From an uncultured bacterium (GTDB lineage: Bacteria; Patescibacteriota; Minisyncoccia; Phycocordibacterales; GWA1-40-21), in assembly GCA_963804975.1 (NCBI GenBank), contig CAWDSG010000002.1:208991-272990 (forward strand): a DNA stretch of 64,000 nucleotides, given 5' to 3'. The position numbers and the translations under genes are program-made. The notes beneath the pieces were generated by a model. That model made no database searches, had not been told where the DNA came from, and saw nothing but the letters and a program-made list of their open reading frames with translations. Below, one piece after another: positions 1-10,379 of this stretch (position 1 is the first letter of the stretch; every line of letters starts with the position of its first letter).

Positions 1-2
1 TA

Positions 3-311
3 ACTATCATTATTGTTTTTATTAGTTCGTTTATTTTATCTATAACAATCGGTGTAATGGGCGGTTCCTCGCCAATACTTTTGCCGTTTCCTGCGTATAA
101 TGCCGGCTGTAATGAACTAAATTCTGTTTGTGATCCACATTTTATTTTTTCTGGCATTATTCTTTCAGTAATTTTTTGGCTTTTATCTTTTTTCTTGTTG
201 TTAAAATCAAAAGGACTAATATTAAAGATCGTTGCAGCCATTCTTTTAATATTTTTTGCAATTATTATGGTTAATTTATGCAGTTTAAAAGGATTTACTC
301 CATTATATTAA
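3..311 (+). CDS. hypothetical membrane protein, probably truncated by window start
   Basis: Frame open from position 3; several hydrophobic segments. Confidence 0.55.
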   Translation, partial: TIIIVFISSFILSITIGVMGGSSPILLPFPAYNAGCNELNSVCDPHFIFSGIILSVIFWLLSFFLLLKSKGLILKIVAAILLIFFAIIMVNLCSLKGFTPLY

Positions 312-312
312 T

Positions 313-846
313 ATGAAAACTTTCAAAAACCTTGGTTATAGAACCCATAAACCAAAAATATACATCGGCACGGACCATGCAGGTTTTAATATGAAAGAAA
401 AGCTTGTTCCGTTCATAAAAAATCTTGGATATGAAGTTGTGGATTGCGGCGCTTACACGCTTGATCCGAAAGATGATGACCCTATTTACATTGCTCCGGT
501 TGCGAGAGCTGTCGCTTCAAATCCTGAACATATAAAAGGAATAATTCTTGGCGGTTCTGGGCAAGGCGAGGCGATTGTGGCAAATAGATTTCCGAATGTC
601 CGGGCGATAGTTTATTATGGCAAACCGGGAATGTTTTCAAAACTTGATGTCATACGGCTTGGCAGGGAGCACAACGACTCAAATGTTCTTTCGCTTGGCG
701 CAAGATTCTTGGGTTTGCGAAGCGCCAAAAAAGCGATAAAAAAATGGCTTGAAACGCCTTTTTCAAATGCAGCCAGACATATTAGAAGAAATAAAGAAAC
801 AGAAACAGTTTCCCGCGATGTGAGAAATAATATGGAATTCAAATAA
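313..846 (+). CDS. rpiB: ribose-5-phosphate isomerase B
   Basis: GTDHAG, GGSGQGE, REHNDSNVLSLG, RHIRR motifs. Confidence 0.93.
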   Translation: MKTFKNLGYRTHKPKIYIGTDHAGFNMKEKLVPFIKNLGYEVVDCGAYTLDPKDDDPIYIAPVARAVASNPEHIKGIILGGSGQGEAIVANRFPNVRAIVYYGKPGMFSKLDVIRLGREHNDSNVLSLGARFLGLRSAKKAIKKWLETPFSNAARHIRRNKETETVSRDVRNNMEFK

Positions 847-847
847 A

Positions 848-958
848 GGCTCGCTCGGCAATGCGATTTTGAGGTACGCATAATTTCCTGCTGGAAATTT
901 GCTCGATACTCGCGCCGCCGCGCTCCGTAGCCCTCAAAATCACATCGCCTCGCTCGCT
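848..958 (-). repeat. intergenic branched palindromic element, copy A
   Basis: 75-bp core 866-940 matches 6526-6600 at 74/75; outer inverted repeat. Confidence 0.9.
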
Positions 959-995
959 AACGAAAATGCAAAAATTATTGTGGTATAATTAATTT

Positions 996-1715
996 ATGGC
1001 AGAAGTCATCCCAGCAATAATTCCCGAGTCGTTTGAGGATTTGAGAGAAAAAATGTCTCTTGTGAATGAGCTTGTTCCTGTTGTGCAGGTGGATGTTTGC
1101 GATGGCAAATTTGTCCCGTCAAAGTCCTGGCCTTTTGTAAACGATAAGGGCGATTTTGAGCAGCTCATCAGAGAATCCGAGGGTTTTCCTTTTTGGGAGA
1201 CATTGGATTTTGAAGCGGATTTGATGGTGGCGAATCCTGAAGACGGCATGGCGGAAGATTGGATAAAAGCCGGTGCCAAAAGAATAATTCTGCACGAAGA
1301 ATCATCCGATAAAATCTTGAAATTCGTAAAAAAACTGAGAAAAGAATACGGATATTTCGGCGATTCGGCGATAACGATGGAAATAGGAATCGGAATAAAT
1401 GTTGATACTCCAGATGAAGTTCTTGACGTATATTTGAAAACGGACGAGCTCGGCAGGTCGCTTGCGGATTTTGTGCAATTTATGGGAATCGACAAGATTG
1501 GCTATCAGGGGCAAAGTTTTGATGAAAGAGATTTTGAAAAAATAAGAAATTTGAGGGAAAAATATCCTGAAGCGATTATTTCTGTGGATGGCGGGGTAAA
1601 TCTTGAAAATGCGCCAGATTTGGTAGAAGCCGGAGTAAATCGTCTTGTTTCCGGCTCGGCAATTTATGAAAGCGAGAATATTGAAGAGGCGATAGAGGAG
1701 ATGAAAAATATATAA
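996..1715 (+). CDS. rpe: ribulose-phosphate 3-epimerase
   Basis: DVCDGKFVP, GYQGQSF, VDGGVN, VSGSAI; next to rpiB. Confidence 0.9.
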   Translation: MAEVIPAIIPESFEDLREKMSLVNELVPVVQVDVCDGKFVPSKSWPFVNDKGDFEQLIRESEGFPFWETLDFEADLMVANPEDGMAEDWIKAGAKRIILHEESSDKILKFVKKLRKEYGYFGDSAITMEIGIGINVDTPDEVLDVYLKTDELGRSLADFVQFMGIDKIGYQGQSFDERDFEKIRNLREKYPEAIISVDGGVNLENAPDLVEAGVNRLVSGSAIYESENIEEAIEEMKNI

Positions 1716-1724
1716 AATAAAAAA

Positions 1725-2165
1725 ATGAAAATATACGTTTTGGGAAGCAATAGTTTCGTTAATAAAATGGTTAATTGCAGAGACGAACTTTGCCGTTTGG
1801 GTTATGACGGATGTATTCATCCGGATTATGAAGATCATGTTAAGGGTAAAAAGAGAGCTTTTATTGAAAATTCCTTGCCTGGCGAAAGCGCTGATTTCAA
1901 ACGCGAGCATGATTATATAAGAAGCCATTACAAACATATATTGGAAAGCGACGCTGTTATTATAGTGAATCTGGAAAAGAAAGGCACTAAAAATTATATA
2001 GGTGGAAATTGTTTAATGGAAATGGGAATGGCTTACGTGAATAATAAAAAAATATTTCTTTTGAACGATATACCGGCAGACAGCACATATTTGGATGAAA
2101 TAAAAGCTATGGACCCGATTTGCCTGTATGGAGATCTGAGAAATATAAGCAAATATAAAAATTAA
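1725..2165 (+). CDS. nucleoside 2-deoxyribosyltransferase-like protein
   Basis: ILESDAVII...IGGNCLMEMGMAYVNNKKIFL pattern. Confidence 0.6.
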   Translation: MKIYVLGSNSFVNKMVNCRDELCRLGYDGCIHPDYEDHVKGKKRAFIENSLPGESADFKREHDYIRSHYKHILESDAVIIVNLEKKGTKNYIGGNCLMEMGMAYVNNKKIFLLNDIPADSTYLDEIKAMDPICLYGDLRNISKYKN

Positions 2166-2168
2166 AAA

Positions 2169-2636
2169 ATGGCAAAAATATGCGATCATACAAGCGTCGG
2201 AATGTTTGTCTGGAAAGGAGATAAATTATTATTGATTGAAAGAAAGAAATTTCCTCCGGGGTTTGCCGTTCCAGCAGGCCATGTCGATGAAGATAAAAAT
2301 TTTGAACAAGCGGCAAAGCGCGAATTAAAAGAAGAAGTCGGTCTTGATGCAACAGAGCTGAAATTAATTGCTGAAGGAAGAAAGGAAAATAAATGTCGGC
2401 GTGAGGGCGGCAGTTGGCATTATTGGAAACTTTACAAAAGCGAGACAATAGGCGATATAAAAGGAAATACGGATGAGACAAAACAGGCAGAATGGTATAC
2501 GAAAGAACAAATCAGGAAATTAGCCGAAAAAACCGAGAAATACAGCAAAAAAGAAATTTCTGAGGAAGAATGGACTGAAAATCCAGGGCTTGAACCGGTA
2601 ATGTATGAATGGTTTAAAAAATTAGGTATAATTTAA
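2169..2636 (+). CDS. NUDIX hydrolase
   Basis: Nudix box GHVDEDKNFEQAAKRELKEEVG. Confidence 0.9.
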   Translation: MAKICDHTSVGMFVWKGDKLLLIERKKFPPGFAVPAGHVDEDKNFEQAAKRELKEEVGLDATELKLIAEGRKENKCRREGGSWHYWKLYKSETIGDIKGNTDETKQAEWYTKEQIRKLAEKTEKYSKKEISEEEWTENPGLEPVMYEWFKKLGII

Positions 2637-2638
2637 AT

Positions 2639-3508
2639 ATGAAAACTCTAAGACAATACATAAAAGAAGCGCAAGATAAAGGGATGGCAGTCGGGCATTT
2701 TAATATTTCAAACCTGGAGATGCTTCACGGCATTTTCAATGCGGCGAAAAAACTGAATCTGCCGGTCATTATCGGCACAGCGGAAGGCGAAAGGGAATTT
2801 ATCGGTGCAAAACAAGCTGTGGCGCTCGTGAAGAGTTTGCGGGAAGAATACAACTATCCGATATACCTAAATGGCGACCATACGCATTCGTTTGAAAGTT
2901 TCAAAAAATGCGTAGATGCCGGATATGATTCAGTCATTATTGACGGTTCTGCTATGCCGTTTGAAGAAAATATAAAAATGACGAAGCAATGCGTGGAATA
3001 CGCCCGAAAAGTCAATCCTGAAATCATCGTGGAAGGCGAAATAGGCTTTATCGGCACGTCGTCAAAAGTATTGGATAAATTGCCGGAAGGAGTGAAAATC
3101 ACCGAAGAATTTTTGACCAAGCCGGAAGAAGCAAAAAGATTTATAAAAGAAACCGGCGTTGATATGCTTGCTCCTGCCGTCGGAAATATCCATGGAATGC
3201 TTGCAAACGGCAAAGAACCGGCGCTTAATATCAAAGTTGTGGGCAATTTGCGAAAAGCAATCGGACAGACCCCGATGGTGCTTCACGGCGCTTCCGGAAA
3301 TACGAAAAAAGATATCCAGGCAGCTATAAAAGCGGGAATGAATATTGTCCATATCTCGACTGAAATCCGCGTGGCTTTCAGGAAAACTCTTGAAGATGAA
3401 TTGAAATCAAAACCGGATGAAGTCGCGCCTTATAAATATATGGACAATGATATCGTCGCAGTGGAAAAGCTCGTGGAAGAAAAAATGAAAATTTTTAATT
3501 TTATGTAA
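2639..3508 (+). CDS. fba: class II fructose-bisphosphate aldolase
   Basis: GDH, SVIIDGS, VGNIHG, VLHGASG motifs. Confidence 0.92.
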   Translation: MKTLRQYIKEAQDKGMAVGHFNISNLEMLHGIFNAAKKLNLPVIIGTAEGEREFIGAKQAVALVKSLREEYNYPIYLNGDHTHSFESFKKCVDAGYDSVIIDGSAMPFEENIKMTKQCVEYARKVNPEIIVEGEIGFIGTSSKVLDKLPEGVKITEEFLTKPEEAKRFIKETGVDMLAPAVGNIHGMLANGKEPALNIKVVGNLRKAIGQTPMVLHGASGNTKKDIQAAIKAGMNIVHISTEIRVAFRKTLEDELKSKPDEVAPYKYMDNDIVAVEKLVEEKMKIFNFM

Positions 3509-3531
3509 AGATTTATTTCTGAATAAAATAA

Positions 3532-3562
3532 AAATGCTGAGTCGAGAAGCAACTCAGCATTT
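3532..3562. terminator. hairpin between convergent genes
   Basis: aaatgctgagt...actcagcattt. Confidence 0.65.
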
Positions 3563-3575
3563 CGTTTTGGTAACT

Positions 3576-3923
3576 CTAATCTGACATGAATATATCAAGA
3601 CCAGTTTTGTCAGATTTGTTTTTATAGCGGTAGTGATCTATAAGAAGCAATATTATGACTAAAACCAGAAGTAGCCAAATAATAGATATTCCGCAAAAGA
3701 AAGCAGCATTTCCTTGATTTTTGTTAAAATAACTATAGGAGGACCAGAACAAAAAAACAAGAAAAAAATAAATATGAAGAAAAAGTTTTATCCACGCATA
3801 TTTCATACTTTTACTGTATATTCCTTTTGATGGCATCGGAATAAAAAAATTTATCGTAACCAGAATGATGACAGAGAGAGTTATAGTCTGACTTTCTGCA
3901 ATCCATTTTGCGAGTACGAGCAT
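3576..3923 (-). CDS. orphan membrane protein
   Basis: GGAGG SD before ATG 3923; three hydrophobic segments; TTGACT promoter upstream. Confidence 0.6.
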   Translation of the reverse strand: MLVLAKWIAESQTITLSVIILVTINFFIPMPSKGIYSKSMKYAWIKLFLHIYFFLVFLFWSSYSYFNKNQGNAAFFCGISIIWLLLVLVIILLLIDHYRYKNKSDKTGLDIFMSD

Positions 3924-4026
3924 TTTTTCCTCCAAAGAACTAAAATAACGACTTTCTAGATATTATTATAAAAATAGAAATAAGTCAAATTGATTTCTTA
4001 TTGTTTTTATGTATAATAGCAAACCT

Positions 4027-4764
4027 ATGCTTACATTGAATGTAGAAAAAAGAAATCCTAAATCAAGCTTGGGAGAGATCAGAAAAGCGGGCAAAATGCC
4101 GGCGGTTTTTTACGGCAAGAAAGAGAAATCAACTCCTATTTCATTGCCTTTTGCTGCTTTTGAAAAAACACTTGAAGAAGCCGGGGAATCCACAATCCTT
4201 CATCTCAAAGGAGAAGGAATTGATGTTGATGTTCTTATAAACGATGTTGATCTTGATCCGGTTACTGACAAGCCAAGGCATGCGGACTTTTATGCCATTG
4301 AAAAAGACAAGAAATTGGAAGTTAAAATTCCTCTTGAATTTATCGGCGTCGCTCCAGCAGTAAAAGATCTTGGCGGAGTTTTGGTCAAAGTCATGCACGA
4401 AATTGAAATTGAAGCTTTGCCTAAAGATTTACCGCGTTCACTTCTCGTTGATATTTCTACGCTTGCCACTTTTGAAAATGTTGTCAAAGCGGGAGATATA
4501 AAATTGCCGGCTGGCGTCAGTTTGAAAATAAAACCCGAGGATATCGTCGCTTCCGTTTATGAACCTAAAGAAGAAGTCGTGGAAGCTGTTCCGGTTGACC
4601 TTTCGGCTATAGAAGTTGAAAAGAAAGGCAAGGAAGCCAAGGAAGGCGAGGCTGGCGCAGAAACCGCAGCAGCAGGAGAACCGGTCAAAAAAGAGGCAAC
4701 AAAAGAAGCTCCCAAGAAAGAAGAGCCTGTCCGGTCAGGGAAAAAAGAGGAAAAAAAGAAATAA
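4027..4764 (+). CDS. rplY: 50S ribosomal protein L25 (CTC form)
   Basis: MPAVFYG, HADFYA, IEIEALP, acidic/Lys-rich tail. Confidence 0.95.
   Translation: MLTLNVEKRNPKSSLGEIRKAGKMPAVFYGKKEKSTPISLPFAAFEKTLEEAGESTILHLKGEGIDVDVLINDVDLDPVTDKPRHADFYAIEKDKKLEVKIPLEFIGVAPAVKDLGGVLVKVMHEIEIEALPKDLPRSLLVDISTLATFENVVKAGDIKLPAGVSLKIKPEDIVASVYEPKEEVVEAVPVDLSAIEVEKKGKEAKEGEAGAETAAAGEPVKKEATKEAPKKEEPVRSGKKEEKKK
4726..4740 (+). repeat. 15-bp in-frame palindromic element (PVRSG) in rplY
   Basis: cctgtccggtcaggg; relatives at 37157 and 43055. Confidence 0.65.
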
Positions 4765-4769
4765 CTCGC

Positions 4770-4865
4770 GAAAGACAGAATTTTCAGAGCACGGATATTT
4801 TTTTGCTAAAAAATTCCTCGTGCTCGCGCCGACGCGCTCGCAAGTCTCTGAAAATCCTATCTTTC
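4770..4865 (-). repeat. intergenic branched palindromic element, copy C
   Basis: 20-bp outer IR; inner TGCT-loop stem and gcgccgacgcgc shared with copies A/B/D/E. Confidence 0.85.
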
Positions 4866-4873
4866 ACTCGTTT

Positions 4874-6235
4874 ATGTATATATCTAAAAAAACAATAATT
4901 ATTTTTTCTGCGGTTTTTTTCTTGTTTTCAACGCGTGCTTTTGGGCAGGCATCTGCCAATCCTACAAACCTATCCGGCACTTATCAGGCGGCGCTTCAAG
5001 CAGAGTACAACCAGATAGAATCGGAAATAAAACAGCAGGAAAACATCCTTCAGGATCAACAGTCAAAATCCGATTCGCTTTCAAAAGAAATAGCCACGTT
5101 TGATGCGACAATCAAAGAGTATCAGCTTGAGATCAAGGAAAGGAATATTTCCATACAGGAATTGACAGACCAGATAAACCAGAAGCAAAGCACAATCAAT
5201 GATTTGTCCAGCCAATTTGATGCCGAGAACCAATCACTATCGGCAATTTTGAGAAAAACAAACGAACAGGATTCAAGCACTCTTGCGGAATTTGTCCTTT
5301 CCGGAGAAGATTTGGCTAAATTTTTCAGCGATATCAGCGATTTCAAATCAATAAAATCTGCATTGCAGGATTCTTTCAGCCAGATTACCGACACTAAAGC
5401 GAAAACAGCCGACGAAAAAACGGCGCTTGAAAACCAGAAAGACGACGAAACTTCTCTGCTGAACCTGCAAAAACTCCAGCAGCAAAGAATTCAGGAAGAA
5501 AAAAACCAGGAAAATCAAATTCTGAAAGCATCAAAAGGACTCGAAGCGAATTATGAAGAAATTCTCAAGGAAAAAGCCATGACTGCAACCGAAATACGCA
5601 ATCAGCTTTTCTCGCTTCAAGGTTCAACGGCAATACCTTTTGATAAAGCGGTAGAGTATGCGACTTTTGTCGGGCAAAAAATCGGCATTCGTCCGGCATT
5701 TCTTCTCGGAGTGATTTCGGAAGAATCAAATCTAGGTGAAAATGTCGGCAAAGGCAATTGGCTTATTGATATGAAAGCACCGAGAGATACCGAACCGTTT
5801 TTGGCTATCACGAAAAATCTGGGACTTGATCCCGATCAGCAGCAGGTTTCGAAAAAGGCGTGGTACGGATACGGCGGAGCAATGGGTCCTGCGCAGATTA
5901 TTCCGTCCACATGGGTGATTTACGGTGGATACAGCAAGGATTCAAACGGAGATTGGGTTTATAACGCATCGGATGACCAGATACGGCAGGCGCTCGGTGA
6001 AAATCATTCCTCAAATCCTTGGGACCCGACAGATGCATTCACTGCTTCAGCGATTATTTTGGAAGATGGAGGGGCTGGTCTTCAGACTCCAAAAACAGAA
6101 CGGCTTGCCGCTTTACGCTACTTTGCCGGACGGGCAAATGCAAAAAAAAGAGCATATGCTTTTTATGGCGACGATGTAATGGCGCTTGCGGCGAAATATC
6201 AGGAACAAATCAATATCATTTTGGCAGTAAAATAA
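4874..6235 (+). CDS. secreted coiled-coil protein with C-terminal lytic transglycosylase-like domain
   Basis: Signal peptide, long coiled coil, EESNLG and GAMGPAQIIPSTW (SLT_2-like). Confidence 0.8.
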   Translation: MYISKKTIIIFSAVFFLFSTRAFGQASANPTNLSGTYQAALQAEYNQIESEIKQQENILQDQQSKSDSLSKEIATFDATIKEYQLEIKERNISIQELTDQINQKQSTINDLSSQFDAENQSLSAILRKTNEQDSSTLAEFVLSGEDLAKFFSDISDFKSIKSALQDSFSQITDTKAKTADEKTALENQKDDETSLLNLQKLQQQRIQEEKNQENQILKASKGLEANYEEILKEKAMTATEIRNQLFSLQGSTAIPFDKAVEYATFVGQKIGIRPAFLLGVISEESNLGENVGKGNWLIDMKAPRDTEPFLAITKNLGLDPDQQQVSKKAWYGYGGAMGPAQIIPSTWVIYGGYSKDSNGDWVYNASDDQIRQALGENHSSNPWDPTDAFTASAIILEDGGAGLQTPKTERLAALRYFAGRANAKKRAYAFYGDDVMALAAKYQEQINIILAVK

Positions 6236-6278
6236 ACAATCTTGCTTTTTCGGCCATTTTTTGCTATTGTTTCTTTCT

Positions 6279-6506
6279 ATGAAAAAAGATATACATCCGA
6301 AGTATTTTAATAAGGCAAAAACGACCTGCGCATGCGGAGCTGCTTATGATTTTGGCTCAACAAAAGATGCAATACACGTGGAAATCTGTGCAAATTGCCA
6401 TCCGGTCTATACCGGCAACGAAAAGGTTCTGGATACTGCGGGAAGAGTTGAAAAGTTCAAAGCAAGAAAAGAAGCGGGAATTAAAAAGGCGAAAAAATCA
6501 AAATAA
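6279..6506 (+). CDS. rpmE: 50S ribosomal protein L31
   Basis: MKKDIHPKY, CACG, CANCHP, GRVEKF. Confidence 0.96.
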   Translation: MKKDIHPKYFNKAKTTCACGAAYDFGSTKDAIHVEICANCHPVYTGNEKVLDTAGRVEKFKARKEAGIKKAKKSK

Positions 6507-6512
6507 CAATTT

Positions 6513-6613
6513 ACAAGACCATTCAATTTTGAGGTACGCATAATTTCCTGCTGGAAATTTGCTCGATACTCGCGCCGACGCGCTCCGTAGCCCTCAAAAT
6601 TGAATGGTCTTGT
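6513..6613 (-). repeat. intergenic branched palindromic element, copy B
   Basis: Perfect 22-bp outer IR (6513-6534 / 6592-6613) around the shared core. Confidence 0.92.
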
Positions 6614-6633
6614 TTATTTTCAAAAACAATCAT

Positions 6634-7641
6634 ATGCAAGAATTATTAGAAGAATTCAGAAAAAATAAAAAGACGTCATATCTTGCCGAAGAATATTCCC
6701 GGCTTGAGAACGAGGAAGAGTCAATAAAAAAAATGGCTGAAAAAGATCAGGCGATGTTTTCCCTTGCCGAAGAAGAAATAAAAAGCATTTCATCGCAGAA
6801 AGAAAATCTTTTGAAGCAGATGAAAAATATTTTGGCTGGAGGCGAGGAAGAAGAAAAATTTCCGAATGAAGCTGTTATGGAAATTCGCGCCGGAGTTGGC
6901 GGGGAAGAAGCGGCGATTTTTGCCGAGGATTTGGCGAAAATGTACAAAAGATTCTGCGAGCTCAAAGGATGGTCATTTTCAAATGTTTACGAATCAAAAT
7001 CTGCTCTCGGCGGCTACAAGGAAGCGTCATTTGAAATAAAAGGAAAAGAAGTTTACAAAGAATTGAGATTTGAAACCGGAGTTCATAGAGTGCAAAGAGT
7101 TCCAGAGACGGAAAAATCGGGCAGAGTCCATACTTCCACAGCTTCGGTTGCCATATTGCCGATAAGAAAAAAATCAAAAATAGAAATCAAACCCTCGGAT
7201 ATTCAAGTGGAATTTTCACGTTCGGGAGGCGCTGGCGGGCAAAACGTAAACAAAGTTGAGACGGCTGTGAGGATTATTCACATACCTACTGGAATAGACG
7301 TTCGCTCTACCGCCGAAAGAAGCCAATTGAAAAATAAGGAAAAGGCGATGTCTATTTTAAAATCAAAGCTTGAAATGAAACAGGAAGAGGAACATGCCAA
7401 AAAATTTGCTGGCGAGAGAAAAGAGCAGATCGGCACTGCGGACAGGTCCGAAAAAATAAGAACCTACAATGTTTTGCAGGACAGAGTTACGGATCATCGG
7501 GTAAAGCATTCCTGGTACAATATTGAAAATATTTTGGCTGGCGATGGCCTGATTCCGGTTGTTGAATACATCGTAAAAGCGGAGGGAAAACCCCAGGCAG
7601 GTGATTCTGATGAAGATGAAAAAATAATAAAATTACCTTGA
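6634..7641 (+). CDS. prfA: peptide chain release factor 1
   Basis: GGQ motif and RF1-type PET tripeptide (RVPETE). Confidence 0.93.
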   Translation: MQELLEEFRKNKKTSYLAEEYSRLENEEESIKKMAEKDQAMFSLAEEEIKSISSQKENLLKQMKNILAGGEEEEKFPNEAVMEIRAGVGGEEAAIFAEDLAKMYKRFCELKGWSFSNVYESKSALGGYKEASFEIKGKEVYKELRFETGVHRVQRVPETEKSGRVHTSTASVAILPIRKKSKIEIKPSDIQVEFSRSGGAGGQNVNKVETAVRIIHIPTGIDVRSTAERSQLKNKEKAMSILKSKLEMKQEEEHAKKFAGERKEQIGTADRSEKIRTYNVLQDRVTDHRVKHSWYNIENILAGDGLIPVVEYIVKAEGKPQAGDSDEDEKIIKLP

Positions 7642-7674
7642 TATTTTTAGATATTTTGCTATACTCAAAAACTC

Positions 7675-8385
7675 ATGGCAACCGAAAACAAAACCAAAAA
7701 TAACGAAATTATAGATGCGATGTTCAAAGCAGGTGCTCATTTTGGCTATCAGAAATCCAGAAGAAACGCCTCAATTGCGCCATATATTTTCGGAGCCAAA
7801 AACAAAGTTGAAATAATAGACCTTGAAAAGACGGCTGAACAACTCCAAAAAGCCGAAGATTTCGTCTCAAGTATTGCAAAAATGGGAAAGCAGATCCTTT
7901 TTGTCGGCGGCAAGAATGAAGCAAAAGAATTTATAAAACTTGGTGCGATGTCCACAGACATGCCTTATGTTGCCGGAAGATGGATCGGCGGAGCTCTCAC
8001 GAATGCGCCGGAAATCAAAAAAAGAATCGCAAAATTCGAGGATTTGCAGAAACAGAAAGAAAAAGGCGAACTTGCAAAATATACGAAAAAAGAGCGTCTG
8101 CTTATAGACAGGGAAATTGCCGGCCTTGAAGATATGTTTCTCGGAATCGTCGGAATGAAAGAGCTTCCGAAAGCGGTTTTTGTCATAGATCCTAAAAAAG
8201 AATTCATTGCTGTTGCCGAAGCGAAAAAAATGGGCATACCGGTCATAGCTGTTTTGAATACCGATTGCGATATCAAGGATGTTGATTATCCGATTGTCGC
8301 AAACGATGCCTCCACCGCAAGCATTTTATTTTTTGTTTCCGAAATAGTAAAGGCCTGCAAAGCGGGCAAGGCGGCAAAAGCGTAG
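7675..8385 (+). CDS. rpsB: 30S ribosomal protein S2
   Basis: AGAHFG, RWIGG, DYPIVAND. Confidence 0.96.
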   Translation: MATENKTKNNEIIDAMFKAGAHFGYQKSRRNASIAPYIFGAKNKVEIIDLEKTAEQLQKAEDFVSSIAKMGKQILFVGGKNEAKEFIKLGAMSTDMPYVAGRWIGGALTNAPEIKKRIAKFEDLQKQKEKGELAKYTKKERLLIDREIAGLEDMFLGIVGMKELPKAVFVIDPKKEFIAVAEAKKMGIPVIAVLNTDCDIKDVDYPIVANDASTASILFFVSEIVKACKAGKAAKA

Positions 8386-8504
8386 AGAAAAAAATTTACT
8401 TGTCCCGTACTAAATTCAGTGCGGAACTGGTATAATTACGTTTGGTAAAGATAAAAAATTCAAAAAATAAAGTCGATTTACAAAATTTAAAATTTAGTAT
8501 TGGG

Positions 8505-9113
8505 ATGGCTATATCAATGGATAAAATCAAAGAATTGCGAGAAAAAACCGGCATTTCCATAATGCAGTGCAGAAAAGCGCTTGAAGATGCCAAAGGGGAT
8601 ATGGATAAAGCCATTGTGCTTTTGCAGAAAAAAGGCGCCGAGGTGGCCGCCAAAAAAGCCGAGAGAACTTTGAAATCCGGAAGAATTGTTTCTTACATCC
8701 ACGGAGGAGGCACCGTAGGCGTACTTCTCGAGCTCTGGAGCGAATCGGATTTTGTTTCCAAGCACGAGGATTTCCAGAAGCTTGCTTATGATATTGCCAT
8801 GCAGATTGCTGCGACAGATCCTAAATATATAAAAAAAGAAGACGTCTCTTTGGAAGAAAGGAATAAAGTGACCGATGCATTTTTGGACGAAGTCAAAGGC
8901 AAGCCGGAAAATATCAGGGGAAAAATCCTTTCAGGGAAGCTCGACGCGTTTTTCAAGGAAAAAATATTGCTTGAACAGGATTTCATAAAAGATCCGAGTA
9001 TTACGGTAAATACCTTGATTCAGAATGCCATCCAGAAATTCGGAGAAAAAATAGAAGTGGGGAGATTTGTCCGGTTCAGTGCGATGAAAAGCGAAATAAA
9101 CGTATGTCAATAA
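8505..9113 (+). CDS. tsf: elongation factor Ts (short form)
   Basis: IKELREKTG, ESDFVS, LLEQDFIKD; follows rpsB. Confidence 0.95.
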   Translation: MAISMDKIKELREKTGISIMQCRKALEDAKGDMDKAIVLLQKKGAEVAAKKAERTLKSGRIVSYIHGGGTVGVLLELWSESDFVSKHEDFQKLAYDIAMQIAATDPKYIKKEDVSLEERNKVTDAFLDEVKGKPENIRGKILSGKLDAFFKEKILLEQDFIKDPSITVNTLIQNAIQKFGEKIEVGRFVRFSAMKSEINVCQ

Positions 9114-9481
9114 TTTTATTTTACATAGCTTTGGTTCTTCTTATCGGCATAATTACAATAAAATATTTCGGCATGCCGATTTTCGGCAATACCGCGCTTT
9201 CCGATATGGTGTCCGAGCATGAGCATAAAATCCATAAAATCGCCAAAGGTGGGAAAAATTTTGCCTCAAAAATCAAATACAAAAACTTTCACAAACTTGT
9301 TGTCATGGTTGCGGATTTTTTAAAAAAAGAATCAATCGCCTTGAAAAGGAGATTTGACAGCCAGCAGCCGAAATTTTTCCTGCAAGTGGAAAAGCCGAGC
9401 GAGAAGCATAAGAATTCGGTGTCTTTCTTCCTGCGAAGCGTGTCGGAACACAAAAAATCTTTGAAAAAAAAAGATTTGTAA
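9104..9481 (+). CDS. hypothetical membrane-anchored protein
   Basis: N-terminal TM helix; overlaps tsf stop. Confidence 0.65.
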   Translation: MSIILFYIALVLLIGIITIKYFGMPIFGNTALSDMVSEHEHKIHKIAKGGKNFASKIKYKNFHKLVVMVADFLKKESIALKRRFDSQQPKFFLQVEKPSEKHKNSVSFFLRSVSEHKKSLKKKDL

Positions 9482-9513
9482 TTTCTATTTTTTTCTGTTA
9501 AATTATCTCTTAA

Positions 9514-9586
9514 GCCACCTTAGCTCAGTTGGTAGAGCAATTGTTTTGTAAACAATAGGTCCCCGGTTCAAGCCCGGGAGGTGGCT
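9514..9586 (+). tRNA. tRNA-Thr(TGT)
   Basis: Acceptor gccacct/aggtggc, anticodon arm attgt-tttgtaa-acaat, GGTTCAA T-loop; CCA not encoded. Confidence 0.95.
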
Positions 9587-9635
9587 CAAGTAAAAACATC
9601 TTTGATTTTTGGCCTATTTTCGCTATAATTGGCAA

Positions 9636-10376
9636 ATGCAAGATCAAAATAAAAAAACTATCCACATTCATCCCATAACAAGGGTTATAAACGACATAAA
9701 CAGGATATTTTTTGAAATGGGCTTCACCCTTGCGGATGGTCCCGAACTTGAAACGGAGTACTACAATTTTGACGCACTCAACATTCCAAAAGATCATCCG
9801 GCAAGGGATATGCACGATACTTTTTGGCTGAAAAATAAGCCGGGATTTTTAATGCGCACACATACAAGCTCGATGCAGATTCGCTTTATGGAAAAAAATA
9901 ATCCGCCATTCGGAATTATTTGTCCGGGCAGAGTATTCAGAAACGAGGCGACAGACGCGCGGCATGAAGCGCTTTTTCACCAGGTTGAAGGGCTTTATGT
10001 AGATAAGGATGTTTCTCTTGCGTCTTTAAAATCAGTACTGAACGATTTTTTTGACAGATTTTTTGAAAAAGATGTTGATATAAGATTCAGGCCGAGCTAT
10101 TTTCCTTTTGTCGAGCCCGGAGTCGAAATAGATGTTTCTTGCTTTAAATGCAAAGGGAAAGGAAAGTGCCAGGTTTGCGGAGGTTCCGGATGGCTTGAAG
10201 TCGTGGGTGCCGGCATGGTCCATCCGAAAGTATTGAATGGTGTCGGAATAAACCCGAACGAATGGCGCGGTTTTGCGTTTGGCGTCGGGATAGATCGCCT
10301 TGCCATGCTTAAATACGGCATAGACGATATTCGCCTGTTTTATTCCGGAGATTTGAGATTGGTAAATCAATTTTAA
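9636..10376 (+). CDS. pheS: phenylalanine--tRNA ligase alpha subunit (N-terminally short)
   Basis: HPARDMHDTF, RTHTS, FRPSYFPFVEP, GIDRLAML. Confidence 0.96.
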   Translation: MQDQNKKTIHIHPITRVINDINRIFFEMGFTLADGPELETEYYNFDALNIPKDHPARDMHDTFWLKNKPGFLMRTHTSSMQIRFMEKNNPPFGIICPGRVFRNEATDARHEALFHQVEGLYVDKDVSLASLKSVLNDFFDRFFEKDVDIRFRPSYFPFVEPGVEIDVSCFKCKGKGKCQVCGGSGWLEVVGAGMVHPKVLNGVGINPNEWRGFAFGVGIDRLAMLKYGIDDIRLFYSGDLRLVNQF

Positions 10377-10379
10377 TTT

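Noticed and set aside
4616-4873. N-terminal extension of ORF 4616-6235
   Set aside because: Overlaps rplY and a repeat element; ATG 4874 gives a clean signal peptide.
7593-7601. Half-site ccaggcagg at the prfA end (also aggcagg near 44650)
   Set aside because: Only one arm; too short to exclude chance.
8402-8427. Imperfect hairpin between rpsB and tsf
   Set aside because: Single copy; cannot be told from an ordinary stability or attenuation hairpin.
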